A stretch of DNA of 40,518 nt from Salpingoeca rosetta (taxonomy: Eukaryota > Protista > Choanoflagellata). The notes below the pieces were generated by a model. That model was not told the DNA's origin. It saw only the letters and a program-made list of their open reading frames with translations, and did no database searches. Numbering within the stretch: position 1 is the stretch's first letter; every line of letters starts with the position of its first letter. Below, in pieces: positions 27,335 through 40,479 of this stretch. The stretch spans positions 189,042-229,559 of the forward strand of contig JAWQFM010000010.1 in NCBI GenBank assembly GCA_033442325.1, read 5' to 3'. Made by a program: the position numbers and the translations under genes.

Positions 27335-29881
27335 GCAACAACAACAACAACAACAACTACAACAACAACAACAACAACAACTACAACAGCAGCAGCAACA
27401 ACAACAACCTGGTCAGCCCACCTACAGCACCGCCCCATACACCACCTCGCAATCTTCCACTCACCCTGCGTCAACAACAGTGATGCCAGCAGTCACAGCA
27501 ACCACGCCAAACACATCAATGACACGCACATCAACTTCATCAACCACACCCAGCACATCGATATCGACGCCAGCCGGAACAGTGCCCGCTTCACGCGCAT
27601 ATGCGCCTCCCACGCCCATGCCCGCGACCACCATCACCACCACCTCATCCGCCACTGCATCCAACACATCATCTATGCCGCGTAGCACCTCCTGGCCCGC
27701 GCCTGGCAGCGCCACGGCGATCCCCAGCACCGCTGGGACAGCGTACCCTTCGTCGACAACACCGTATTCGCGACAGGGCGTCTCACCATATGCTCCGAGC
27801 ACCGCACCAGCCACCTCTACCCCACTCTCCAGGCCCGGCAGCGCCACAGCCCCTTCAACAGCACCTCCTCCATCGCAGGCAGCGACAACCCCGTATCCGC
27901 CGTACGCCGCACGCGCCTCATACGTGCCCACCACCTACGCCCCAACCAACTCAACCGCCACCCCGGCCACGCAAGCGTTACCATCAGCCCCGACAACAGC
28001 CCCGCCACAACAACCCCAGTTATCAACAACCGCAGCACCAGGCAGGGGCCCACCACAGCCCGCGCGCATGGGCCAAGCCACCATGCCGCCATCCACAGCG
28101 GCCCCGCCAACCGCCACCTACTACCGCGGCGCACCAATGGTGTGCACCAACCCCGCCTGCAGCTGCCACCTCAGCTACGCCCGTGGTGGTACTGCCGCGC
28201 CACCACCGCCCCCGTTGTCGTCATCAACGGGCGCTCCGCTCGCCTCTTCTGCGCCGGGCACCGCGGGCCCAGCCGTGTACAGCCGCGTGGGCATGGCCTC
28301 ACGACCGCCCCCGCCACCAGCACCAGCAGCAGCAGCAGTGGCATCCACACCAGCGGGTCCCCCCATGCCGTACAGTAACGCCTCCAGCACTCCTGCAACT
28401 TCTGCCGCCACCCCACCGGCGCCACGCCGCAACTCAACTGCACCCACCACACCAGTGCCCGCCTCCCCGTCCACGTATGCCACCACAGCACCCGGCACGC
28501 CCCGCGCCGTCACCGCCATGACGTCCACATCCACGACAATGACAGCAGCAGCATCGCCAACAGCACCACTGACCACCACGACCAATGGATACTCGGCGGC
28601 GCCGCAGAACCGCTCCCGCCCGCCCTCTTCCCTGGGCACAACGAGCGTGACAGCGTCGCCTGCCCCGCAGCCGCGGACAACCAGGCCCGTGCCCAACATG
28701 GGCGCCGTGGGCAAGCCAGCACCGGGCAACACCGCCTACGCGCCGTCTGCACGCTATGCATCCAAGCCGCCGCCAACGGCTGCGTCGTCATCGGCCTCCA
28801 TGCCAGCGACGCCGGTGGCGGGCCGCACCATGTCCTACTCGTCAGCGTCGTCGGCGTACAACGCGTCTGTTGCCGGCCGCCCGTACGCCCGCCACCCAGC
28901 GCCACCACCGTCAACAACCGCCGTCTACTCCCCACGACCAACGGCCGGCAGCAACACCCCTGGCGCCTACAACACCCCCGCGTACGGCAACAGCAGCAAC
29001 AGCATGAGCAACAACAGTACCATGGCCAGCAGCAGCAGCGGCCCCGCCAATGTCCCTTACACGGGGCGGCAGTCTGTCCCGGCAACGCCTGCGCCGCCGA
29101 AGACAACGCGCAGCGCATCGGTGCCGTCAACGCCGCTGCACCACGCGCTGCACTCGACGGAGCCCCTGCCCTCGTTTGGCGACGGCGACCTCCCCATCCC
29201 CGGCGGCGCAAACAGAACCGCCGCAGACGTGCTTGCTGCCCTCGCCCGCGTGGAGTCGGAGACAGACGACCCAGCGAGCGGCCACCATGGGCATCAGGGC
29301 CACCCCACGCACGGCCGCGGCGCGCACCCCATGCCCACGGGTGCTGCGCCTTACCCGCGCGGCACTGGCAGCGGTACGGGCACGGCAGGCAGTGGGCCAG
29401 GCAGCCACCCCCACCGCCACGGCGGCGCACAGGGTGCCGCAGCGTACACGCCAGCGCCATACGTGTACCGGTACTGGCAGTCGTCGCACCACCAGACGTA
29501 CTTTGGGTACCTGAGCTCGCTCAACCGCTCGCGCGGGGCGAGTGCGGCGGCAGCGCAGCGACGCAGGCGGCGTGGGGAGTACTCGTGCCAGGGGGTGCAG
29601 GAGAACCAGGCGTCACTGGAGATGTACCTCAAGTCACTGCACATGAAGGTGTCGCTACAGCAGTACCGGCTGTTCCAGCTGCGCCACGCCGCCGACAAGT
29701 CCCAGGACTACAAACCTTACCCACTCAACGCCTCCCTTCGCGAGCTCAAGGAACACACAAAGCACATGGTTCGTCGTCGTCGTCGTCGTCGTTGTTGCTG
29801 TTGTTCAAGTTGTTGTTGTTGTTTAAGTTGTTGTTGTTGTTTAAGTTGTTGTTTAAGTTGTTGTTTAAGTTGTTGTTTAAG

Positions 29882-29967
<86 letters not shown>

Positions 29968-32124
29968 GGTGCTGGTGGTGGTGTTGTTGGTGCTGGTGTT
30001 GTTGTTGGTGTTGACTGCTCATGTATGTACATGTGTATGTGCAGGCTCTCTAGCTCTCACTCCCACGTACGCACACTCTCGCTTACTCCCACGTACACAC
30101 ACACGCGCTCTCTCTCTCTCTCCTGTCTCTCTCACATTGCCGCATGTCGTCACTACAAACGTCCACTCACGATCACGCCCCTGCGCCATTGCCCACCGAT
30201 TTTGCCACGGCCGCAGGAGCTGAGCAAGCTTGACGCTGCCGCCACCAGCAGCAGAAGCAGCGCCAGCAGCAAGGACAAGGATAAGGACAAAGACAAGGAA
30301 AAGTCGCAACGCACAGCGGCGGCTGCGCTGAAGAGTGCACGGCGGTACCGGCAGTCGATGGTGTACTTGGACGAGGCGGACCCCGAAGTCACAGATGACA
30401 GCGACAGCGAGGCCGAGGAGCTGCTCTCCTTTGAGGAGACGGCGTGGAAGTATGACAGCGCCGACGTGAGCTACCGCATGCGCTGGCTCGCCCTCAAGCT
30501 GGGCGAGACAAAGAAGCTGCTGGCAGAGTGCAACGACGCGCTGCGCAAGGCAGCAAGGCAGAAGCGGCGCCGAAAACGGGCGACTGCCCTGGCTGCTGCC
30601 GCCGCTGCCACCGCCACGCCATCGTCATCGTTGGCGTCCTCTGTGCCAGCACGCTCCGGCACCGTCATCAGTCACAGCCCGTACACGGCCAGCCTGTCCA
30701 CGGCCAGACCCGCCGGCAGCGCACACAGGCCGCCCCTTGCAGCCACCAGCACCACCACGACCACGACCACAACCACAACCACACCTTCCACGACAACAGC
30801 CGTTGTCACGACCACGCAACCGCCCAGCCAGCAGCAGCAACAGCAACAGCAACAACAACAGCAACAACAGCAGAAGCAGAAGCCGAGCCAGCAGTCACAG
30901 GAAACGTCCAAGCTGGAGAGTGCTGGGTGCCGTCGGTGCACGCCGCGTGACCATGAGCCGGCACCCACCCTGGTCAACCCCGGGCCATTTGGCCACATCA
31001 CCAGCAACCCTGCGCGTGCAAAGACAGTGCCAGATGTGTCCATTGAGGGCGTGCGCGCGTTCTCCGTATGCACGGACCGCTCGTTCCACCCTGTGCTGTC
31101 GTTTATCCGGGATGCCTCGTACCACGTGCTGCGCCACGTCGACCGCGTGCGCAAGAAACTCATCAAGAACAAGCCCCACCTCGCCACCAGCGACCTCAAG
31201 CCCCTGCGCCGGAAGCCGCGCCCGTCGCTCACCGCCGGCCTCTTTGGCGGGCACAACCCGCTGCACAGCAAGCCATCGGTACTGGCAGCGGCTGCCCCCT
31301 CATTGTCGTCGTCGTCGTCATCATCATCAACGCCATCGTCAACGCTGCCCACGCCTGGGTCTTCGAGCACAATGCGGCATGGCGTGTACAGCTTGCCCGC
31401 CACCGCCCGCTCGTCGCCCTCCCACAGCAACAGCGGCGGCAGCGGCGGTGGAACCAAGGGCAGCTCATCGTCGTCTGCAGGCACCGGCAGCAAGTCGAGC
31501 AAGGGTGCCAGCAGCAAGAACGCGGGCAGTGGAGCCAGCAGCGGAAACGGGAAGACGAAACGACGGTCCCGTGCCCTCTTCTCGTCCACGTCGTCGTCGT
31601 CCGCAGCAGCAGCAGGGAATGGCGGCGGGTCTGCAAGCGCGCCTGCAACGCCACGCAAGACGAGCGGCAGCGGCGCAGCGCGCAGTCGGCTCTCCTCACG
31701 CTCGTCCACAGCCAACACGTCCGCAACCAACACGCCAAACGCGAAGCGCAGCAGCGCCTCTGCTGGTACAACTGCAAAGGCTGGCCCGACATCGCAACAG
31801 AAGCGGCGTGGATCCGCTGATGGCGCGGGACAGCCAGCAACGAAACGCAGCAAGCAGCAGCAACAGGGAGGTGCAAGCGGTGGCGTGGCTGGCGGCGTGG
31901 CGACAGCTGGGAATGGCAGCAACAAGGCAGCAGGGAAGGCAGGGGTGTCTGGGGCGTCGTCACTGTCGTCATCAGCGCCGCTGCTGCGACCAACACACCT
32001 GTCGCAGTCATCGTCATCATCGTCGTCGTCGTCGTCAGCTGTCGCATCCGCACTGCCTTCACCGCGTGTTGCAACAACAGTGTCGCCCACAACCACAACA
32101 GCCAAGGGCACATCGTGGCAATAA
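26841..32124 (+). CDS. KANSL1: KANSL1/NSL1-like protein with very long Pro/Thr/Ser/Gln low-complexity regions; 2 exons (26841-29768, 30217-32124)
   Basis: DPEVTDDSDSE..AWKYDSADVSYRMRWLALKLGETKKLL resembles KANSL1 DSDxT..WKWxxDRAxIxSRWxWLxxxVSDLE; DRSFHPVLSF resembles the KANSL1 HPVLxF motif; phase-0 GT-AG intron. Start codon uncertain; no PEHE domain seen. Confidence 0.55.
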
Positions 32125-33434
32125 CGGCGACAGTGACGCAAAGACAGCGGTTGCGTTTTGCTGCTGTCGTCGTTTGCGGCGGCGAACAAGGGTTGCTGCC
32201 ACGGTGGAAACCAGAGTAGCAAGCACGCCTCTGTCCCCTTGGCTGCATCTGTCGTGGTGGTGGAGTCCTTTATCGTCCATTTCAGGGCCGCTTGCCTTCT
32301 CTTACCTCGTTCTCTCGCCTTTCAGGTGTTTCTTTCGCTCAGCAAATGTGCTTGCTGACCTTTGTAATTGGATTCGTGGATGCTGCCTCTGTTGTCCCTA
32401 TTTGTTGGTTGGGCTGACGCTATGTGCCCCCTTCACCATCATCGTCGTCATCTTTGTCATCAGACGTGAGATAGGAGTGCTTTAACTGCAGGTTTGACTT
32501 TGATGCGTCACCCCCCACTGTTGTTGCTGTTAATTTGTCGTCTCTCTAACTGGCACACGTATGGTATGTTAACTGTGAACTTGTGTTTGTGATTGTGTGG
32601 TTGTGGTTATGTGTTGTGGTTGTGGTTGTGGTTATGTTGTGTGGTTGTGGTTATGTGTTGTGTAGACGCGCGTATCGTTGAACGAGCGCTGGTGGTGTGT
32701 GGTGTGGAGCTGGTGCTTCACCCTGCGCTGCCGCCACTCTTTCCCCCTGTTCCCATTTCCTTTCCCTTCCTTCCTCCTTTTTGCCCTGACCATGGTCGTA
32801 TTTGTTCTGTGTTTAGGTTTCTTTACTCCTGCTGTGGTGGCAAGGTGGTGTGTGCTGCGTTTGCACGGTTGTGCATGGTTGTGCATGGTTGTGCAGACGC
32901 TGGTGCGCAAAACAAGCAACACACCCACATGGTGCTGTGTCTTGTCGCTGGGTCTTGCTGCACTGTTCTCGTGCTATTGGTGGTTCTTGGTTGTTTGCCT
33001 TCCGACCCCCCTCCACACCCTACGACCAGCATCCCCTGTCCCTCCTCATTGAACCATCATCCATCATCAGCATTGGGAGAGAAGTGCGCGCAGGGGGGGG
33101 GGGGGTAACTGTTGAGGTTGTGGACAGGAGTTGTGTGTGAGGAGAGTGCGATGTGAAATGACACTGACATGACGACAGACACACAAACACACCAATAATC
33201 AGCAGCACAGCAGCAAGAAGCAAGAAGGCAAATCCACACGAACACAACACGGACGATTATGGAGGCAACGACGACTGAAGGAGGCGGTGAGGCTGGTGCT
33301 TGCTGTGGCAGTGGATGTGTGTGTGTGTGCGTGTGTGCGTGTGTGTGTGCGTGCGTGTGTGTATCAGTGTTTCAGATGGTAAGAGTACTGCATATATGAT
33401 AACGATAGTCGTAGCCGAGCTTGTGTACTGTCGT

Positions 33435-34424
33435 NNNNNNNNNNNNNNNNNNNNNNNNNNNNNNNNNNNNNNNNNNNNNNNNNNNNNNNNNNNNNNNNNN
33501 NNNNNNNNNNNNNNNNNNNNNNNNNNNNNNNNNNNNNNNNNNNNNNNNNNNNNNNNNNNNNNNNNNNNNNNNNNNNNNNNNNNNNNNNNNNNNNNNNNNN
33601 NNNNNNNNNNNNNNNNNNNNNNNNNNNNNNNNNNNNNNNNNNNNNNNNNNNNNNNNNNNNNNNNNNNNNNNNNNNNNNNNNNNNNNNNNNNNNNNNNNNN
33701 NNNNNNNNNNNNNNNNNNNNNNNNNNNNNNNNNNNNNNNNNNNNNNNNNNNNNNNNNNNNNNNNNNNNNNNNNNNNNNNNNNNNNNNNNNNNNNNNNNNN
33801 NNNNNNNNNNNNNNNNNNNNNNNNNNNNNNNNNNNNNNNNNNNNNNNNNNNNNNNNNNNNNNNNNNNNNNNNNNNNNNNNNNNNNNNNNNNNNNNNNNNN
33901 NNNNNNNNNNNNNNNNNNNNNNNNNNNNNNNNNNNNNNNNNNNNNNNNNNNNNNNNNNNNNNNNNNNNNNNNNNNNNNNNNNNNNNNNNNNNNNNNNNNN
34001 NNNNNNNNNNNNNNNNNNNNNNNNNNNNNNNNNNNNNNNNNNNNNNNNNNNNNNNNNNNNNNNNNNNNNNNNNNNNNNNNNNNNNNNNNNNNNNNNNNNN
34101 NNNNNNNNNNNNNNNNNNNNNNNNNNNNNNNNNNNNNNNNNNNNNNNNNNNNNNNNNNNNNNNNNNNNNNNNNNNNNNNNNNNNNNNNNNNNNNNNNNNN
34201 NNNNNNNNNNNNNNNNNNNNNNNNNNNNNNNNNNNNNNNNNNNNNNNNNNNNNNNNNNNNNNNNNNNNNNNNNNNNNNNNNNNNNNNNNNNNNNNNNNNN
34301 NNNNNNNNNNNNNNNNNNNNNNNNNNNNNNNNNNNNNNNNNNNNNNNNNNNNNNNNNNNNNNNNNNNNNNNNNNNNNNNNNNNNNNNNNNNNNNNNNNNN
34401 NNNNNNNNNNNNNNNNNNNNNNNN
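33435..34424. other. Assembly gap (990 N)
   Basis: Run of N. Confidence 1.
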
Positions 34425-34425
34425 G

Positions 34426-34497
<72 letters not shown>

Positions 34498-34580
34498 ACG
34501 GTCGCACCATGTCACCAGGAGCCTAATCGTGTATGTGTTTGTGTGTGTGATTGGTATCTCTTTGTTTTTTTTGCCGATAG

Positions 34581-34739
34581 CGGAGCATCACAGGCGACAA
34601 ACACATTGGCTGGGGAGAGATTGATGTCTACAGCATCGACGAGGTGTGTACGTATGTGTGTGCGTGCATGTCGCGATGGTCGTGTGTATGCACGTGTTCG
34701 TTTTGTCATCCTCTGTTGTCGTATTGTTGGGCCCAGATG

Positions 34740-34802
<63 letters not shown>

Positions 34803-35329
34803 CGCATTCTCTGCACATCACCAGACGCGTCCGGAAGAGAAGCTGTATCACTTGAGTGGCAAACAAGGAGAGGACAAGGAAGGCGTGGTTAGCCTGCACA
34901 TCCGATACGAGGTGTGTGCACAGCGGTACACTCGTGACGTCGATACACTTGTACACGCGCACGCATGCATCAATGACCACCAATGCATTCACGCATCATG
35001 CGCCATCAACATCAATGCCGTTCCTCGTTCACACCCACACACCCCTCTCACCTCCATGCACCCCCACTCTACTTGACTTGACTTGACTTGACTTGACTTG
35101 ACTTGACTCTACTTGACTTGACTTGACTTGACTTGACTTGACTTGACTTGACTTGACTTGACTCTACTTGACTTGACTTGACTTGACTTGACTGAACTGA
35201 TCTGGGCAGCCGACTCTTGGGCCGCCTGTTGTGCGCCCGCCGCGTGTTGTCACCACCACGTATGGCGCTGACCCCATGATGGGCCACTACGCACCACAGC
35301 CGCCGCTGCCACACGTCAACCACGCACCT
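34581..35329 (+). CDS. TOLLIP: Toll-interacting protein, partial (end of C2 domain and Pro-rich linker); exons 34581-34643, 34825-34911, 35210-35329; possible first exon 33259-33286; remainder probably in the gaps
   Basis: Spliced RSITGDKHIGWGEIDVYSIDETRPEEKLYHLSGKQGEDKEGVVSLHIRYE matches the Tollip C2 terminus (W/Y.LSG[RK]QG[DE]DKEG.I.L); all junctions phase-0 GT-AG. Confidence 0.88.
35070..35192. repeat. (ACTTG)n pentanucleotide microsatellite in a TOLLIP intron
   Basis: Visible directly, with two ACTCT interruptions. Confidence 0.95.
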
Positions 35330-35363
35330 GTCAGTCCATCTTCTGTGTGTGTGTGTGTCTGTC

Positions 35364-35506
35364 TGTATGTATGTATGTATGTATGTATGTATGTATGTAT
35401 GTATGTATGTATGTATGTATGTATGTATGTATGTATGTATGTATGTATGTGTGCATCGTATGTATGTATGTATGTATGTATGTATGTATGTATGTATGTA
35501 TGTATG
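35364..35506. repeat. (GTAT)n tetranucleotide microsatellite running into the gap
   Basis: Visible directly. Confidence 0.95.
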
Positions 35507-36244
35507 NNNNNNNNNNNNNNNNNNNNNNNNNNNNNNNNNNNNNNNNNNNNNNNNNNNNNNNNNNNNNNNNNNNNNNNNNNNNNNNNNNNNNNNNNNNNNN
35601 NNNNNNNNNNNNNNNNNNNNNNNNNNNNNNNNNNNNNNNNNNNNNNNNNNNNNNNNNNNNNNNNNNNNNNNNNNNNNNNNNNNNNNNNNNNNNNNNNNNN
35701 NNNNNNNNNNNNNNNNNNNNNNNNNNNNNNNNNNNNNNNNNNNNNNNNNNNNNNNNNNNNNNNNNNNNNNNNNNNNNNNNNNNNNNNNNNNNNNNNNNNN
35801 NNNNNNNNNNNNNNNNNNNNNNNNNNNNNNNNNNNNNNNNNNNNNNNNNNNNNNNNNNNNNNNNNNNNNNNNNNNNNNNNNNNNNNNNNNNNNNNNNNNN
35901 NNNNNNNNNNNNNNNNNNNNNNNNNNNNNNNNNNNNNNNNNNNNNNNNNNNNNNNNNNNNNNNNNNNNNNNNNNNNNNNNNNNNNNNNNNNNNNNNNNNN
36001 NNNNNNNNNNNNNNNNNNNNNNNNNNNNNNNNNNNNNNNNNNNNNNNNNNNNNNNNNNNNNNNNNNNNNNNNNNNNNNNNNNNNNNNNNNNNNNNNNNNN
36101 NNNNNNNNNNNNNNNNNNNNNNNNNNNNNNNNNNNNNNNNNNNNNNNNNNNNNNNNNNNNNNNNNNNNNNNNNNNNNNNNNNNNNNNNNNNNNNNNNNNN
36201 NNNNNNNNNNNNNNNNNNNNNNNNNNNNNNNNNNNNNNNNNNNN
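35507..36244. other. Assembly gap (738 N)
   Basis: Run of N. Confidence 1.
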
Positions 36245-36245
36245 A

Positions 36246-36331
<86 letters not shown>

Positions 36332-37118
36332 TGAGTGAGTGAGTGTGTGAGAGAGAGAGTGAGAGAGTGAGAGAGAGAGAGAGTGTGTGTGTGTGTGTGA
36401 GAGAGAGAGTGAGTGAGAGTGAGTGAGTGAGAGTGTGTGTGTGAGTGAGTGTGAGTGAGTGGGTGAGGTGAGAGAGAGAGCGCGCGTGAGCTGCGACGTC
36501 AGCACACACACATCTACACACCACACACCACACACACACACCACCACCATCTGCCTGCCTTGCGATGAGTCAGCACTTTTTGTTTGTGTTCTCTTCGTTC
36601 TCATTTCAGGGCGCAATTCGTTGGTTGGCGTTCGTGCAAACAACCAAACAACGACTGCCTTCTTCTTTGCTTCGTGCCTTGCTTGCTTGCCTCTTTCACC
36701 TTGGCTGTGTGTCCTGGCTTTGTTGTTGGTTGACTGTCAAAGGCTCGGCTTGCTTGATCCCTGCCTCCCTCCTCTCCCCTCTTCGCTTCCTCTCCTTATC
36801 CTCCTTCTTCAATACTCTCGTGATCCTTCTGCGCCTTGCTCAGCGGTGTGGACGCTGGCGGGTTGTCAGCCCCCATCTCATCCCCTCCACACATCATCTT
36901 TCGTGTGTCACATCATCTGACATCGTCGAGTAGCGTGTTGACGTTGTACACAACTTTGTTGTCACACATTATTTCGTGTGCTTTGATCCCGACTTCTCGT
37001 ACCTTGAGGACTGCTTCCCTCTGTTTCCTCCGCTCCCCTCCATTCCTCCGCTCCCTTCCTTCCCTTCCTCCCCTTCCTTGCGTTTGGCTGTACCTTGCTT
37101 GGACAGGGCAGCAGCGTC

Positions 37119-40100
37119 ATGTCGTTTCGCAGGCTACTCTCGCGCAAGTTCAAGCGGTTGTTCGGTTCAGACGATGACCTCGTTGCCCTGCCTGGCGCAC
37201 AGGCCGTCCACCTCATCGTCGTTCAGTCCGATGCTGAGGAAGCCCAGCAACAAGAATCGGTACGAGTGCATGCTTGCACGTGTATGACAGCATGGCCCAG
37301 CAACAACCACACACACACACACACACTCACTCACTCACTCACTCACTCACACACATACACACATACACACACACACTCACACTCACTCACTCACTCACTC
37401 ACACACACATACACACACACTCACACTCACACTCACAAATACAAATACATGCACATCACATGACATCACGTGCAGTTGCAACGCTCCATTGCGAGGGCAC
37501 AACGTGTTCTCGGGCCCAGGGTGCATTTCATCAACACAACAACACGGGAAGTGCAGGCGTCCTCGCCCGTGGAGAACGTAGGCGTGGAGTCGTCGTTTCG
37601 CAGCGAGAAGCACCCGCCACACCTGTCCTCCGTCGTCATGGCATGCAGCCTCGCCTTCAGCATCCTTCGCCAGCGCGCGGGCGGTGCGCAGGCGCCACAC
37701 GCGTGCGTCATTGTGGATGAGAGTGCCGCTCCCGCCATTGGCGCGTGCCTGCAGCTGCTCTTCCACCCGAAACCGGAGGAGCGCGAACAGGACGCCATCA
37801 CCAAGGACATGGACCACCTGTCCCGCGTCCTGTCCCGCAGCGGCGGCCCCATCGCCGTGCCATCAACGCACCACGCGTTTGTGGAGCGCGTGGCCACGGA
37901 TTTCAAGCGACTCACACATAACATGGTCCAGCTGCAGCCGGGCAACGACAACCGACACCAGCACCCGGAGCAGAGCCAGGCCGTGCCGCGCCCAGCCATC
38001 TTGGAATCAAAGTGGAAGGTGAAGGAGATTATCATGCATGGCGTGCCCAAGCTGCCGCGTCGCATGCGCCCCATGGTCATGATGATCAAAGGCAACACCG
38101 TCGCCTACAACAGCATGACGCAGCCCGGCGGTATCCGGCCCATCCCGCGCAGGTCCAAGTTCCACGCCTTCCCCATCAACGTCAATGTGGCCGGCGACTT
38201 TATTGTGCGCATCTACCACAAGCCAGAGGGCCAGCCAGGACACGTGCTTGGCACATTCACCTTCAGCACCGCGTTCTTTCCCGGCATTGCGGAGAAGGCA
38301 ACATCGTGGCCCACCTACCGTGCACACCTGCGGGACGTGGTGAGCGACGACCCGTCCGTGTTCCCACAGAACTTCTTCATTGACGTTGTGTTTGGTTCGA
38401 TGGACAGCAACCCGGACGACAGGCCCTCCCTCTCGGAGCCCATGCGCGGGCGGGCGAACGGAAACAGTGCAGACACGGCCGCCACATCCTCTGGCACGAA
38501 TGCTGTAGGTGATGTTGATGATGTTGTTGATGATGATGATGACGACGACGACGACGACGACGACGGCGCAAGTGGACGCATGCATGATGCCTCACCACAG
38601 CTCATGTTTCACAGAGGCAGAACACCAGCGGTACGCTCGTGCGTGCATGCGTGTGTCTACGTGTGCGTGTGCGTGTGTTTGCGTGCGTGCGTGTGTGCTT
38701 GTGTGAGTGCGTGCGTGCTGTGTGTAATTGCGTGTGTGTCTGTGTCTGTGTTAGTGTTAGTTTTGTTGTGTGTGCACGCCATCGGTGACTCTGTGCTTTT
38801 CTTTACGTGATTTGCTCACCTCGTGTACTCAATCGCCATTGCACCAACAGCGGCGGGACCTGCACGATGAGCCAACATTTGAGATTCTGCGGCAGCTGCA
38901 GCAAGCGCTGCTGCCCGAACCAACATCACAGACCACATCAACCACCACGGAACCACGCTCGCACGATGGCGATGTGGCAGGTGATGATGATGACGATGAT
39001 GATGATGATGACGATGAGGATGACGATGAGGATGACGATATTCAGATTGCCATTATGGACGACACCCCGCCCCCGACGCTCTCCACCTCGGCATCGTCCC
39101 AACAACAAAGCGAAGGGCAGGCGCAGAGCACAAGCGAGAACCAGGGCGATGGTGATGGTGATGGTGATGGTGATGGTGAAGGTGATGGTGATGGTGATGG
39201 TGATGGTGGAGAACAGACTGCCACGGAGGATGGTGCACCGAGTGGCATGACGGACGAAGAATACGCACGCATGCTGCAGGTGCGTTGCGTGTGTACGTGT
39301 ATGTGTGTGTGTGTGTGTTTGTTTGTATGTAAGTTTATGTGTGTGTGTGTGTGTGCATGGTGTGCATGTCTCGTTAAGTGTCAGACCTTCCTGTGCTGGT
39401 CGTGTCAGTACTTTGTTGTCACCCTGCTTTCCTCTTCTGCCTCTCCTCCCACCGACTCACCATTGCTTCATGTGTGTGTGTGTGTGTCATAGGCGCAATT
39501 TGACGAGGAGGACCGTCGTATGCGGGCATCCATGCGGTCACGGGAGCGAGCACGGCGTGAACGACGCGAGAGGCGCGAGCGACGTGCTGCTGCACGACGC
39601 ATGCGCACGCGATCAAGACACGCTGGCGACGAAAACGACGACGAGGCACTCCCACCCCCACCACCAACACTCCCACCCGTGCCGCGCCGACGAGGCCAGG
39701 TGTGTGTCTGTGTGTGTGTGTATGTGTGTCTGTCTGTCTGTCTTGTGTGTGTGTGCGTGTGTGTCTGTCTGTCTGTCTTGTGTGTGTGTGTGTGTGTCTG
39801 TCTGTCTGTCTGTCTGTCTGTCTTGTGTGTGTGTGTGTGTGTGTGTGTGTCTGTCTGTCTGTCTGTGTCTGTGTGCAAATGTGCACACACCACCTCCCAT
39901 GGTTGCCACCCACCTCACTCTTCACGCTTCACCCTTCTTCCCGCCAATACCCAGGGCCCACGCGAGGAGGAGGAGGAGGCGAGTGCAGAAGACATCCAGG
40001 CGAGCCTTCGCGCACTCATGGAGATGTTTGCTGAAATTGGTGTGCCGCCACCGTTTGCCCGCCAAGAGATGAGCATGGTGTCACGATCCCGTATTCGTGC

Positions 40101-40329
40101 TCTGCCACGCCACACTCTCACCGCGGCGAGCAGCTTGCTGGAGAAGGAATGCCAGATTTGCATGTGCGGCTACGAGGTGGACGAGATGGTGATGACACTG
40201 CCGTGCCTCCACATTTACCACATGGCGTGTGCGGAGCGCTGGCTGCTGCGAAAACCGACCTGCCCCATCTGCCTCACGCGCATCGACGCGCACCAAAACG
40301 AGGAGGGCCCGGACGCAGGGGAGGGCTGA
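37119..40329 (+). CDS. PTEN/tensin-like pseudophosphatase + PTEN-C2, acidic linker, MIU/UIM-like motif, C-terminal RING-H2 (putative E3 ligase), ~768 aa
   Basis: Exons 37119-37259, 37476-38630, 38851-39279, 39493-39699, 39955-40329; all phase 0; 2307 nt. PTEN-C2 motifs VKEIIMHGVP, VNVAGDFIVRIYH, FTFSTAFF, FPQNFFIDVVF. RING-H2 CQICMCGYEVDEMVMTLPCLHIYHMACAERWLLRKPTCPIC. Confidence 0.85.
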
Positions 40330-40339
40330 ATGTGTCTGC

Positions 40340-40405
<66 letters not shown>

Positions 40406-40479
40406 TTATGTGTCTGCGTCTGCGTCTGCGTCTGTGTATGTGTGTATGTTTATGTGTCTGCGTCTGCGTCTGCGTCTGC

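Noticed and set aside
29769-30014. Poly-Cys C-terminus of the 1057-aa ORF
   Set aside because: Read-through into an intronic (GTT)n repeat past the donor at 29768/29769.
35070-35192. (ACTTG)n as a possible telomeric or interstitial telomere repeat
   Set aside because: Not a TTAGGG-type unit; it lies inside a TOLLIP intron and behaves as an ordinary microsatellite.
33257-36643. Long ORFs spanning X runs
   Set aside because: Artefacts of N gaps.
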